DNA from: Bdellovibrionales bacterium RIFOXYD12_FULL_39_22
Lineage (GTDB): Bacteria; Bdellovibrionota; Bacteriovoracia; Bacteriovoracales; Bacteriovoracaceae
Direction: 5' to 3'
DNA: 64,000 nucleotides
Assembly (NCBI GenBank): GCA_001770205.1
Contig: MEQL01000056.1
Location: 1-64,000 of the forward strand
Shown one piece after another: positions 27,201-35,263 of the stretch. The notes below the pieces were generated by a model. The model did no database searches. It was not told the origin of the DNA and worked only from the letters and a program-made list of their open reading frames with translations. Each line of letters begins with the position of its first letter. The first letter of the stretch is position 1. A program made the translations under genes and the position numbers.

Positions 27201-29733
27201 ATCTGGAAATACAATCACGATCACTGCTACAAATATGGTAGCGCTGACAAGAGGCCCCGCGGTTTTGATTGGGATCAGTTGGTTCCAAGTAGGGGTCATA
27301 ATCGTAATCAGATACTCCTTGTTCATTGCCTAGGTCGAGAACGACCCCGACTGTTGTATTCCCTGGATCGGCAAGATCACCAAAAGGAGCATTGATGGCC
27401 AAAAAAAGTTTCGAGCTAGTAGCGCGCACTCTTCGGCCATTGGCCACCGCAAACCAACTGACACCATCAAAGGAGCCAATAAGTGCACCCTTATTGAAAC
27501 CATACCAATCGCGTTGATAACCATTTACAAAATATGCTGACTGCGTGGCCAGACGATTGCGTCGTTGCGTATTTAGATTGGAGCTTTTGAAATGAGAAAA
27601 AGGAATCATGGTAGGTGGAATCCAACAGGCCCGTCCAAAAATAGTATCTTCATAATTTCCCAGCGAGCTGTTGGAATAATCTCCTTGGCGATCAGTAATG
27701 TAACTGGTTGCCTCTAGGCCAATTCCTTTTTGAGAAGGAGGATGAGAGAGGTAGTTATAGGCCCAACCGTCTTTATCACAGATTGGACATGGGGTGTAAA
27801 AACCACTGCTAACAGTTATTATATAGACTTGATCGAAATCAACATTAATTACCTTGGCCGGAGCGGCCTGATTTAAAGAGAGGGAAATTTGGCCTAAAAT
27901 AGAATTAATATTAAATTGGCCATTATCAGGATCAGTCTTGGCAGAATTATCCATATAAGCAAAGGGAGTACCTTCTTGCTCCGGGATGGCCCCGACAACC
28001 GCAGCAAGATCATCAATGGCCGATCCAGAAGAAGAGGTAAAATAGCGATGAGGCACTGCTTTGCTGCTAACTTGAATGGAGGTGTTTACAAAGGGAGTTG
28101 GTTCGGTAGTTGGTTGTGGTTCTTTACATAAAATGGCCTCAATAGTTTGAGTCCCGCTAGTATATTGGGGTTGTAGTCCAAAACCAGCACAAACGGTATC
28201 GCCATCATTGGGGGCGGGGGTTTGATTGTTGGCGGCACAACCACAACGTGCCCAAACACTTTCTAATACCGCATTATAGCGAGATTCTTGAGTAGAGGTA
28301 TTACCGAGTACCGTGTTATAATAGGCCGCACCACAAGAGCTGCCTACGCAGCAGGCCGAATAATCGGGGGTAGATTGTAAAGCTTCGCGTAAGCATTCAT
28401 AAGTCTCTTCAGAACAGTAAGTGGTTCCTGATAAGCAGCAAGCGCGGTAGTCGGCAGTGTCGGCGGCGGCCCCTTCTAAACAGTTATAGTCCATAATCTC
28501 TTGATTTAATCTGGCCTGCGCCTCTTCTGCTGGATTTGGGCCAGGAGTTGGCGTAGGAGTTGGCACCTGAATATTTGAACATATGTTGAAAATATTTGGC
28601 CAAAAAAGGTAGTTCATTGGATTGTGCTCAATATCGGCCATGGCCTGAGCGTATTCTTCTGGATAACTGGCCTGAGCATTAGATTTAACAGTGTTGTCAT
28701 CAACGCATTGTCCATTCAAACAACAATCATACTGTTGAGCGATACACGAGGAATTGGTACAACCGGTGGTCTCTTCAGTTGTTTGGTTTTTAGTATCGAT
28801 GCGTAGGCCCACTCCTCCTAAATTTAACTCCGCCACATCAACAGTAGAGGCATCATTTATTTGTCCGCTTTCTGAGCGATACAGAGAAATGTTTTGTAAA
28901 GTTAGGATGGAGGTGCATGAACTACAAAGAGCGGTAGGAGTAAAGGCCGAAAGTGCCGAAGTGGTGTAGTGATAACTATTTTGCCAGGAGATATTGAGGG
29001 AGGGAGTGCGATTTTTATAGTTAGTACAATCTACCTCTGTTTTGTAGCTGGCATTATAGCATTTGTTATTGGCCCAGGAAAATCCACCAACTGCCGCAAG
29101 GCAGGCAGCTTCGGTGCTATAGTTGGCAATCAAACATTTTCCTATCTCCCAAGTTCCAGATGATTTTTCACAGTCCGCTTTGTTGCGGAGGCCATCATGG
29201 GTGGCGGCGGGCAGACAAGTACCAAGAGCGGAAATAGTGCCGAGGCAGGCACTTTGATTTTCTGCGGTGGAAGGGATGTCGAGACGAAACAGTCTTTCGG
29301 TTCCTCCCGAAGAGAGATTGTTTAAGCTATACGGCATCGCGCGTATTCGCAGTTGTTGCTTTGCTCCCGAAATAGCAGAAGATAAATCGGCCACTAAGCA
29401 GAATTGGTTAACAGAAGAGTCGGCATCAATAGTTGAAGAGGTGTAGTAGTTATTTTTTAAAAATTCATGAACAAGATCACCTCGCATATAGACGACTGTG
29501 TTTATATTGGCGTTGAGAGTTATTACTCCCTCAATTTTTTTGCCACTAAACCAATAGACGGCATCTTCATCTGGAGTATCTTTCAAATGGTTGGCGGTGG
29601 GGGTGGCCGTTATGATTTCGTTGGGCCCGCGACTTCCTAGCGATTGATTGGATAGACATCCTGCGATTGTAGCTAGCATCACTAATATTGCAGATAAGAT
29701 AAAAAATGTTCGAACTAATTTTTTTATTTTCAT
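24253..29733 (-). CDS. giant (~1,826 aa) Cys-rich secreted lipoprotein of unknown function
   Basis: Uninterrupted ORF; MKIKK + hydrophobic stretch + lipobox IAGC from ATG 29733; many Cys and CC pairs; PT linkers. Confidence 0.85.
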   Translation of the reverse strand: MKIKKLVRTFFILSAILVMLATIAGCLSNQSLGSRGPNEIITATPTANHLKDTPDEDAVYWFSGKKIEGVITLNANINTVVYMRGDLVHEFLKNNYYTSSTIDADSSVNQFCLVADLSSAISGAKQQLRIRAMPYSLNNLSSGGTERLFRLDIPSTAENQSACLGTISALGTCLPAATHDGLRNKADCEKSSGTWEIGKCLIANYSTEAACLAAVGGFSWANNKCYNASYKTEVDCTNYKNRTPSLNISWQNSYHYTTSALSAFTPTALCSSCTSILTLQNISLYRSESGQINDASTVDVAELNLGGVGLRIDTKNQTTEETTGCTNSSCIAQQYDCCLNGQCVDDNTVKSNAQASYPEEYAQAMADIEHNPMNYLFWPNIFNICSNIQVPTPTPTPGPNPAEEAQARLNQEIMDYNCLEGAAADTADYRACCLSGTTYCSEETYECLREALQSTPDYSACCVGSSCGAAYYNTVLGNTSTQESRYNAVLESVWARCGCAANNQTPAPNDGDTVCAGFGLQPQYTSGTQTIEAILCKEPQPTTEPTPFVNTSIQVSSKAVPHRYFTSSSGSAIDDLAAVVGAIPEQEGTPFAYMDNSAKTDPDNGQFNINSILGQISLSLNQAAPAKVINVDFDQVYIITVSSGFYTPCPICDKDGWAYNYLSHPPSQKGIGLEATSYITDRQGDYSNSSLGNYEDTIFGRACWIPPTMIPFSHFKSSNLNTQRRNRLATQSAYFVNGYQRDWYGFNKGALIGSFDGVSWFAVANGRRVRATSSKLFLAINAPFGDLADPGNTTVGVVLDLGNEQGVSDYDYDPYLEPTDPNQNRGASCQRYHICSSDRDCISRLGWEYVCEDVTKIKSRWPKFDTNANEIVDEQINEASFTAIEQILRNFAYGENNKRCVYRGGGAFCKVNYNTNLLNTSQKKLLTCAPNFYCSSASSSDFNYDVAREPAISGTYKIGRDANVLGRPKNYIAAASALPANIQTNLRDNATIYSTSTADFGMCRPGKSLASGSHLTQHSSKDASWRTDYISQIGSCNSGATGDARVWACPVIDDSGNYLITFANYNQHHQQNMCGGESKSSTGISPFSSIEAATLGAVAYLEEATMAKDGCLRRAGAICQTDLDCGPNKLHADYADQYSRAYFGNSDAEKLFWSESLICGQAQKAPLITIADASTYYNYDVGQNRCCREVGKDITLFTSGTTTLIPDLGSTNTSLKTWLLPKDGPTASGRYSRYQIVAPLGIPAAVGTPYAEIPQVKTNTTPLPYQWKTIGDTAKKSCCGGGWVRKFVDGSHDWTNNRRLQIDKNNFQCLNYDSEMIFIPNDYVSSVSIYNTNEKNYDKDKDKLCVHPGNKGCIQIEFNPASNYEITYPTLMAQLEGSLVTGPSAGNGSPPTVNHWAYYQPIPYPDSNLIPTGITEEQNFFASYDYDQVSFYVPIYMHATRANRDNITSVNITYYDSAGAACSTAPAAQIVCGAITPPFPALAANQWCVSQDAGGYDIFNIRALQNAPCSGNPWSYANITIDFNIPQSFASAFEYVPNTTVIPYALNPGNTMYYLTKLGRLELLGIPQIFYEPLYCVSNKDRLVPGIFKTTLENRSDFEGSADTFQFSASAAARAQSLAQIYDSAKSTDDSDIFPNTAVGTNERITFQNQVIIPPVFSSNEFICCLQLNEETTTAANCCSNYSFKDDDSGKTLCKLPPNADLHLYFNRFVSSEGSGTALDNPLKDEDFIPLTGEPKTSSTVDDKIYTLGLEYCGSGEVIVGGSAFGYYTGEGIISVEQSTYDGGEEDGQFFLSLVDSSQDIDGTNDDKSASMFDQGLRWNHHFYCK

Positions 29734-29844
29734 CACTCTTAGCTGTTCGGCTAATCTTTTTTTTACATTCGCCAATCGATCTTCTGGGGAAAAACTAGGC
29801 AAGTTTTGCTATATGTTTAATAGATAAGTTTAGTCGGAATAGGA

Positions 29845-31701
29845 TTATTGGCCTGAGAAATTAAAATATCCGCTTTGCGAGGAGGTGGCCGAATTTCCCC
29901 AGTTGAATTGGCCACTCCATAGTGGATTGTAACCGTAAGGATAGCTGGCAAAAGGCATGGAATCCCAAAATTCCATGGCCAAACGTTGCTGTTCTTCCTG
30001 AGTGTGAAATTGTTGTTTTAAAAACATGGCCTGGGGGATTAGCGCGCCAGTGGTATAATTGTTGGCGGTAAGTTGGCCAAAGGCGGTGGCCACTGCTGGC
30101 ATTCCACCGGCCAGTGCGGCGGCAAACATTTCTCCACCTGTTGGACGTCGCTCATAGCTTTGCTTGCATTTTCCTTTGCGATTGCAGTCGATATAATAAC
30201 CCTTACTAATTTCGGCCAGACGCTCTGCTTGTTCGGTGGGCCGTTGCACGCGCATCAATTTTCCTGTTTCGTTGTAAGTGGCAATCGTCATTGCCTCTAT
30301 ATGATCACAGGAGTTAAGTTTTTTTAGATTTTCTTCTTTGCACAACTCCTGCATGTCTCCGGTATCTTTTTGATTTTCTAGAGAGGCCAAGATATTATTA
30401 GCGTCATCAACTAACGCAATAGCGCTAGATTGTTGCAGAGAGCGAATTCCATCTGCGCCAACGCACTCAACAATAACGCTAACTTTTTTTTCTTTGACAC
30501 CGTCAGTGCAATTCTTTTTCAAAAAATTATAAATTGAATTTTTGGCCCGATTTAGTTTTTTATATTCGGAAGAAGTTCTAATGGAAACTATTTTGTCTTG
30601 AATTTTTTTGAGATCATTTTTTAATTTATCAGCAGTATTGGCCAGTTCGTTTTTTTGCTGAGGTGTAATCTCTTGAAGACAGGATAAAAGGAGTTCTTTA
30701 TTTTGACAGTTAAGCCGCTTATTATCTAAGATATTTTTCAATATATCGTCTATGTTTTTAATCTGGCCAAGCTGGGTTGCATCCATTAGACGATTGTTAA
30801 AGCTGGCCACAAAAAAACCATCCATAATTTTTTTCTCAAAAGGAGCGAGGGCAGGAGTTGAAGTTTTATCTTGCTTGCTTTGTTCAAGATAGTTGATAAC
30901 ATTTTCACTATTGCCGTAAGTGGCATCGAATAGATTTTTTTTGAGCGTAAAGTTGTCATTTGATTGTGGTTTTTTCCGCAAAATATCGGCAATTTTATCA
31001 AGCGTTTGTTGATCGAGTTTTTTGTCACCAATGCTGTTATATATTGCCACTATTTCTGCAATGTTTTTTGAATCGTAGTTTTTAGTAATAGATTCTAGTG
31101 GGCCCATCTCCTTATCCGCTAAGTGGCCATCATGCCATGCCTGATAAAAACCTTTAGCCGTAGATTGTATATCGTCGTTGGTGGCATCAGTAAAAATTGG
31201 ACAAAATAGTTCGCTATTTTCTAATTGCGTCTTTTTGGCGGAATCTTGGCATAATTCATTAACCTGTTTATAAAATTCATTGGCCGAGGCCCAATACGAT
31301 TGGCCTTTTCGATCCAATAAAAGCTTGGCCAAAGTATTAATTACCAAAACTTTTTTTACCGAAGTTGCCGTCTCTGCTACAAGGTGATTACTCTTTAAAT
31401 AATCCGCAGGGCCCAAAAGCAGCGAAGCAGTAAGGCCATCAAATTTTTCACGTACTTTTAAAACCCCATCGGCCACAATGAATTTATTCATAAGACGATC
31501 ATGTTTTTCTTCTAATTCGGACAGGGTTGATCCTAAAATTCTGGAACTTTTCACTGTTTTTTGCTGCGCCTGAATTGCTACAATATCGTCCACATATGAC
31601 TGACAGGCCTTGCTTTTGTCATCACTGCGTGCCATTAGAAGACTAGGCCTCAAGGCGATAAGTATAACAAAACTCAAAGAAAAAAAATTTTTCATATACA
31701 T
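29845..31701 (-). CDS. hypothetical secreted alpha-helical/coiled-coil protein (618 aa)
   Basis: Signal peptide, scattered Cys, Gly/Ala hydrophobic segment and aromatic-rich C-terminal tail. Confidence 0.8.
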   Translation of the reverse strand: MYMKNFFSLSFVILIALRPSLLMARSDDKSKACQSYVDDIVAIQAQQKTVKSSRILGSTLSELEEKHDRLMNKFIVADGVLKVREKFDGLTASLLLGPADYLKSNHLVAETATSVKKVLVINTLAKLLLDRKGQSYWASANEFYKQVNELCQDSAKKTQLENSELFCPIFTDATNDDIQSTAKGFYQAWHDGHLADKEMGPLESITKNYDSKNIAEIVAIYNSIGDKKLDQQTLDKIADILRKKPQSNDNFTLKKNLFDATYGNSENVINYLEQSKQDKTSTPALAPFEKKIMDGFFVASFNNRLMDATQLGQIKNIDDILKNILDNKRLNCQNKELLLSCLQEITPQQKNELANTADKLKNDLKKIQDKIVSIRTSSEYKKLNRAKNSIYNFLKKNCTDGVKEKKVSVIVECVGADGIRSLQQSSAIALVDDANNILASLENQKDTGDMQELCKEENLKKLNSCDHIEAMTIATYNETGKLMRVQRPTEQAERLAEISKGYYIDCNRKGKCKQSYERRPTGGEMFAAALAGGMPAVATAFGQLTANNYTTGALIPQAMFLKQQFHTQEEQQRLAMEFWDSMPFASYPYGYNPLWSGQFNWGNSATSSQSGYFNFSGQ

Positions 31702-31720
31702 ACAAACCCCATTGCATTTC

Positions 31721-31748
31721 TTTTCGGCAAGTAAATGGCAAAACTTGA
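31721..31748 (-). promoter_or_regulatory. sigma28 (FliA)-type promoter
   Basis: Minus strand TCAAG (31748-31744)-N15-GCCGAAAA (31728-31721), 20 nt upstream of the 618-aa gene. Confidence 0.6.
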
Positions 31749-31786
31749 GTCGACGTGTCAGTTACGGCGTACGCTTTAGTTACATG

Positions 31787-32830
31787 TTAGTTACGGAGTT
31801 GAACTTTGATGCCAGGTTGTCGGCCCATGCCCTTGACTCTTACTTCTTTTGCCGGCAAGACAGTTTTGTATGTTACCGTTCGCTTGGGTTTTCCTGCGGC
31901 AGTAAAGTTAACGGTTTGCACAGTTAGTGTGCAGAAATTTGTCCACATTTCCTCTCGACTTTCATATCTATATCCGGCCGCGGGGGGGGCAGAATTGGTT
32001 AGCTCACTTACTTCCGATTCCGTACAGCATCTATATGCAGGGTAGGAAGAGTTTACGATTTGCAAAACACCGAATTCATCACGGTAATCTTCGGCCTCCT
32101 CTTCATCTAATTTGATCATACGACAACTACCGTTATCTTTAAACGACTCTACTTTTACAGTACGATTGCGAAGAAAGGCATTTCTCAATTGGGGATGGAT
32201 TGCGATCAGTCCTTCATTAAAGGAGCTGCCGTATAAATATCGGCCAGAAGAGGTGACAGCACTTGGATCAGAAAATAGTATGTGCCAATTGGGATCGAAG
32301 GTTGTTGTCGAAGAAGTATCGTCGATGTAGTAAGGCGAAATAGTCTCTTTACCATCGGCCGTGGAGCTAAAGCCATTTTCATAAACAGTAAGCCTTCGAT
32401 CGGCCGAAGTAGCTCGATAGCTATCTTTTAGTAAGCCATTTTCTCCGCCCGCGGTATTTACCCTGTTTAATCCGGTACCCCGTTTTTGTTTTGCCAAAAA
32501 GGGACAGCTTCTGATTGTCAATCGGCAGCTATCTTCAGCAGGATCTTTTAAGTACGCCATTGAACAATACGTTTTTTTTCCTTTAGCACCAATGCGATAA
32601 ATCTTTTTATTTCTAGGATGTTGAACACACGATCCTTGTTTTCCTGCATCCCTCGCACAACTTAGTATTTTACCGTCCGCGCCAGCACAAAAAATAATTT
32701 CATCTGGTTGAACGCTGCATTTTTTGATATCTCCTCCTTGTGCACAATCTGTGGCATGGCCCAAAAAAGAGATTAGGGAAAGAAAAGCAATGAGAAGTAA
32801 AATGTTAGCGTAACTTGATTTCATATACAT
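31787..32830 (-). CDS. hypothetical secreted Cys-rich protein (347 aa)
   Basis: Signal peptide, about a dozen Cys, AAGGAA SD in the 6-nt gap after the pilin-like gene. Confidence 0.78.
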   Translation of the reverse strand: MYMKSSYANILLLIAFLSLISFLGHATDCAQGGDIKKCSVQPDEIIFCAGADGKILSCARDAGKQGSCVQHPRNKKIYRIGAKGKKTYCSMAYLKDPAEDSCRLTIRSCPFLAKQKRGTGLNRVNTAGGENGLLKDSYRATSADRRLTVYENGFSSTADGKETISPYYIDDTSSTTTFDPNWHILFSDPSAVTSSGRYLYGSSFNEGLIAIHPQLRNAFLRNRTVKVESFKDNGSCRMIKLDEEEAEDYRDEFGVLQIVNSSYPAYRCCTESEVSELTNSAPPAAGYRYESREEMWTNFCTLTVQTVNFTAAGKPKRTVTYKTVLPAKEVRVKGMGRQPGIKVQLRN

Positions 32831-32836
32831 TTCCTT

Positions 32837-33670
32837 TTACGGACAGACTCCATTGCAGACTACAATAAATTCATCCGTATCTTTAGGTTGTAAATTGGTG
32901 GGTAAGCATCCCCACTCGTAAGATGGTGGAGAGGTTGGATTGCCATCATCATCGGTTAGTTGTATAACACCAACTGTTTCGCCAACCTGACAGGCCGTTT
33001 CTGGTTCACAAAGAGACTCCCCGGTGGTTTCATCTATTCCCATCATTATTTTCCCAATTGGGCAATTAGCAGTGGTTCCACCACTGCGAGCAGCACAGTC
33101 GACAAAGGGGACATCTTCCCCAGAAGACTCCGGGGCCCACAACATCATTTTTATTTGACGAGGAGGGAGATCTACTTTGTCGGATCTCTTGGCGGCAATT
33201 GTCAGGGTTGCGCGATATAGTGTTGGGTCTGAGGCATCTCTAACTATTTTATCGAATCTTAGCTTAGTAATTCGTATACCAGAAGGATCTTTAGAATTTT
33301 CGGACATAAGATTATTTCCGTCAGTCCACTTTATGGCCAGTCCTAAATTTAGCGCTGATGCCTCGTCTGGTAAAACTTGTTCTCCAGCGTTTGCCTTGTT
33401 AACAATAGTGCCGGGGGCCGTTAGTGGGCCATTTGTTGTGTCCAAAATTCCGCTTGTTTTGCATAACTCTTTAGTGCCCATGGCCATCTTGGCATTATCG
33501 ATCAATGATTGATATGCCGCTTTTTGTTGGATAATGGAGAGATTGTGATTCATTGAAGAGACTAATTGAATGATTCCTGAAGCGGCGGCCGCAAAAAGGC
33601 CTAATCCAATTAGTGCCTCAACCAACGACACTCCAGAACAATTTAAAATTAATTTTTTGTATCTGCTCAT
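32837..33670 (-). CDS. type IV pilin-like protein (prepilin N-methylation motif) with Cys-rich C-terminus
   Basis: Short basic leader, G|VSLVE ALIGLGLFAAAA (Glu at +5); C-terminal CPIGKIMMGIDETTGESLC. Confidence 0.82.
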   Translation of the reverse strand: MSRYKKLILNCSGVSLVEALIGLGLFAAAASGIIQLVSSMNHNLSIIQQKAAYQSLIDNAKMAMGTKELCKTSGILDTTNGPLTAPGTIVNKANAGEQVLPDEASALNLGLAIKWTDGNNLMSENSKDPSGIRITKLRFDKIVRDASDPTLYRATLTIAAKRSDKVDLPPRQIKMMLWAPESSGEDVPFVDCAARSGGTTANCPIGKIMMGIDETTGESLCEPETACQVGETVGVIQLTDDDGNPTSPPSYEWGCLPTNLQPKDTDEFIVVCNGVCP

Positions 33671-33943
33671 TTATTTCCCCGATATTTGCAAGCAGTAATA
33701 ATTATAGTTCAAGTTAAAATAAATGAGAACATATTTACGAGAAGTTATTTAAATTGCTCTAATACTTCTCAGTAAATATTCAAGTATAACTTCCATATTG
33801 GTGCCTCAAAAAGTGGGCATTTTCTGATAAAACTCCTTAAGAAACAGACCATTTACTGTCTATTAATTTGACAGCAGTATGTAATAAATCTCCCCGGACA
33901 GTTTAATTATAATTGTCAACAATCCTCGTAGTACCATTGGAGT

Positions 33944-35263
33944 GTGAAAAAAATATTTATATGGCCACGATTTATTTTATTCCCTTCATTTTTGCTATTG
34001 CATTTGCTTGGTCTGTTCGAAGGCCATACTGGCCGCGCTTTTGGCAGTCCATTTACGGGAGAATTTGATTTCGGCCATCGCGCTTATGCCACACTTGAAT
34101 CATCCCAGAATTTAATTTTAAACTTGGGGGCAGAATCAAAAACGGAAGTTTGGCAACGCCCGCGCTATGAGGCGTTGGTTTACTCGGATATTGAATTTGC
34201 CACTCAAAACAGGTTGGGAAAAAATTTTGATTTGGGAACTACTGCGTATCGGCAGGGATTAGGGGATTATCTTCTTTTTTCTTTTGGCCGCTTTTATCCA
34301 TTAGAGGAGTTTAGTGAGTACTACGAAAAAAGTAGTATTGATGCGGTAGGTATCAACTGGTCGGTAAATGAAAAAAACCCTTCACTTGTTCGGCCAGTTG
34401 GCTGGTTAGGCATCGGATCGAGAGTGCGATTATACAAAAATTTAACACTGGGATTTCAATACTCGCCACTTTTCATTCCCACGCTTGGCCCTACTATTGT
34501 CTATTCTAAAGATGATGCACCAAGCAGTGAATCTCCCTTTGCCCGACTTCCGCCGGCATCGGTTAAATTAGATGCGGAAACCCAACTTCCGTTGAGGATA
34601 GCGTTGGACGAGATTGATATGCGCAAATTATTATTGCAAGATCAGTTTTTTGCGGCCTTAAATTATACCTATCCGGAGCTTTTTTCGCTCTCACTTTTTG
34701 CGTGGGATTCTCCTTCTCCAACACCTACTACTACCACGACTGAGATGTTGAGGGTTTCGGGAGATGATGTCTATATTTTGGTTAACGCTACTGCTGCATT
34801 TCCTCGAAGGCAACGAACGGGTGTCGCACTCTCTTCAACATTTATAGACATGCAGGCCGTCTACGAGCAAGCGGGGGGGTTGCTAACTCTATCTTCTGCA
34901 CTCAAACTTTATTCATATTTGCAGATTGGTTTTTTGCATACTATTCGCGGGGCCCAAAATAATGATGCTGGAGATAGTGGGGAAGAAAGCGGAGAGATTG
35001 TCTCGCCTTTATTGGATGAGAAGATGGCATGGATTTCAGCATCACTACCGTTGTTTTATTCACTTAAACTAAGCGGCCGCCTTTTGAAGAATATGAATGT
35101 GGTTAATGATGGTGCCAGTCTGAACTTAACAGCGCAATATGATTTTACCTCCTATGCCTCCATCTATTCAACACTACAACTTTTTGCAGGCGGGGATAAT
35201 AGTTATTTTGGTACTTGGAGAAACCTTGATTTCATCACTACCGGAGTAAGTGCCAGATGGTAA
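33944..35263 (+). CDS. probable outer-membrane beta-barrel protein
   Basis: Signal peptide, alternating amphipathic beta-strands, C-terminal aromatic residue (..GVSARW). Confidence 0.7.
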   Translation: MKKIFIWPRFILFPSFLLLHLLGLFEGHTGRAFGSPFTGEFDFGHRAYATLESSQNLILNLGAESKTEVWQRPRYEALVYSDIEFATQNRLGKNFDLGTTAYRQGLGDYLLFSFGRFYPLEEFSEYYEKSSIDAVGINWSVNEKNPSLVRPVGWLGIGSRVRLYKNLTLGFQYSPLFIPTLGPTIVYSKDDAPSSESPFARLPPASVKLDAETQLPLRIALDEIDMRKLLLQDQFFAALNYTYPELFSLSLFAWDSPSPTPTTTTTEMLRVSGDDVYILVNATAAFPRRQRTGVALSSTFIDMQAVYEQAGGLLTLSSALKLYSYLQIGFLHTIRGAQNNDAGDSGEESGEIVSPLLDEKMAWISASLPLFYSLKLSGRLLKNMNVVNDGASLNLTAQYDFTSYASIYSTLQLFAGGDNSYFGTWRNLDFITTGVSARW

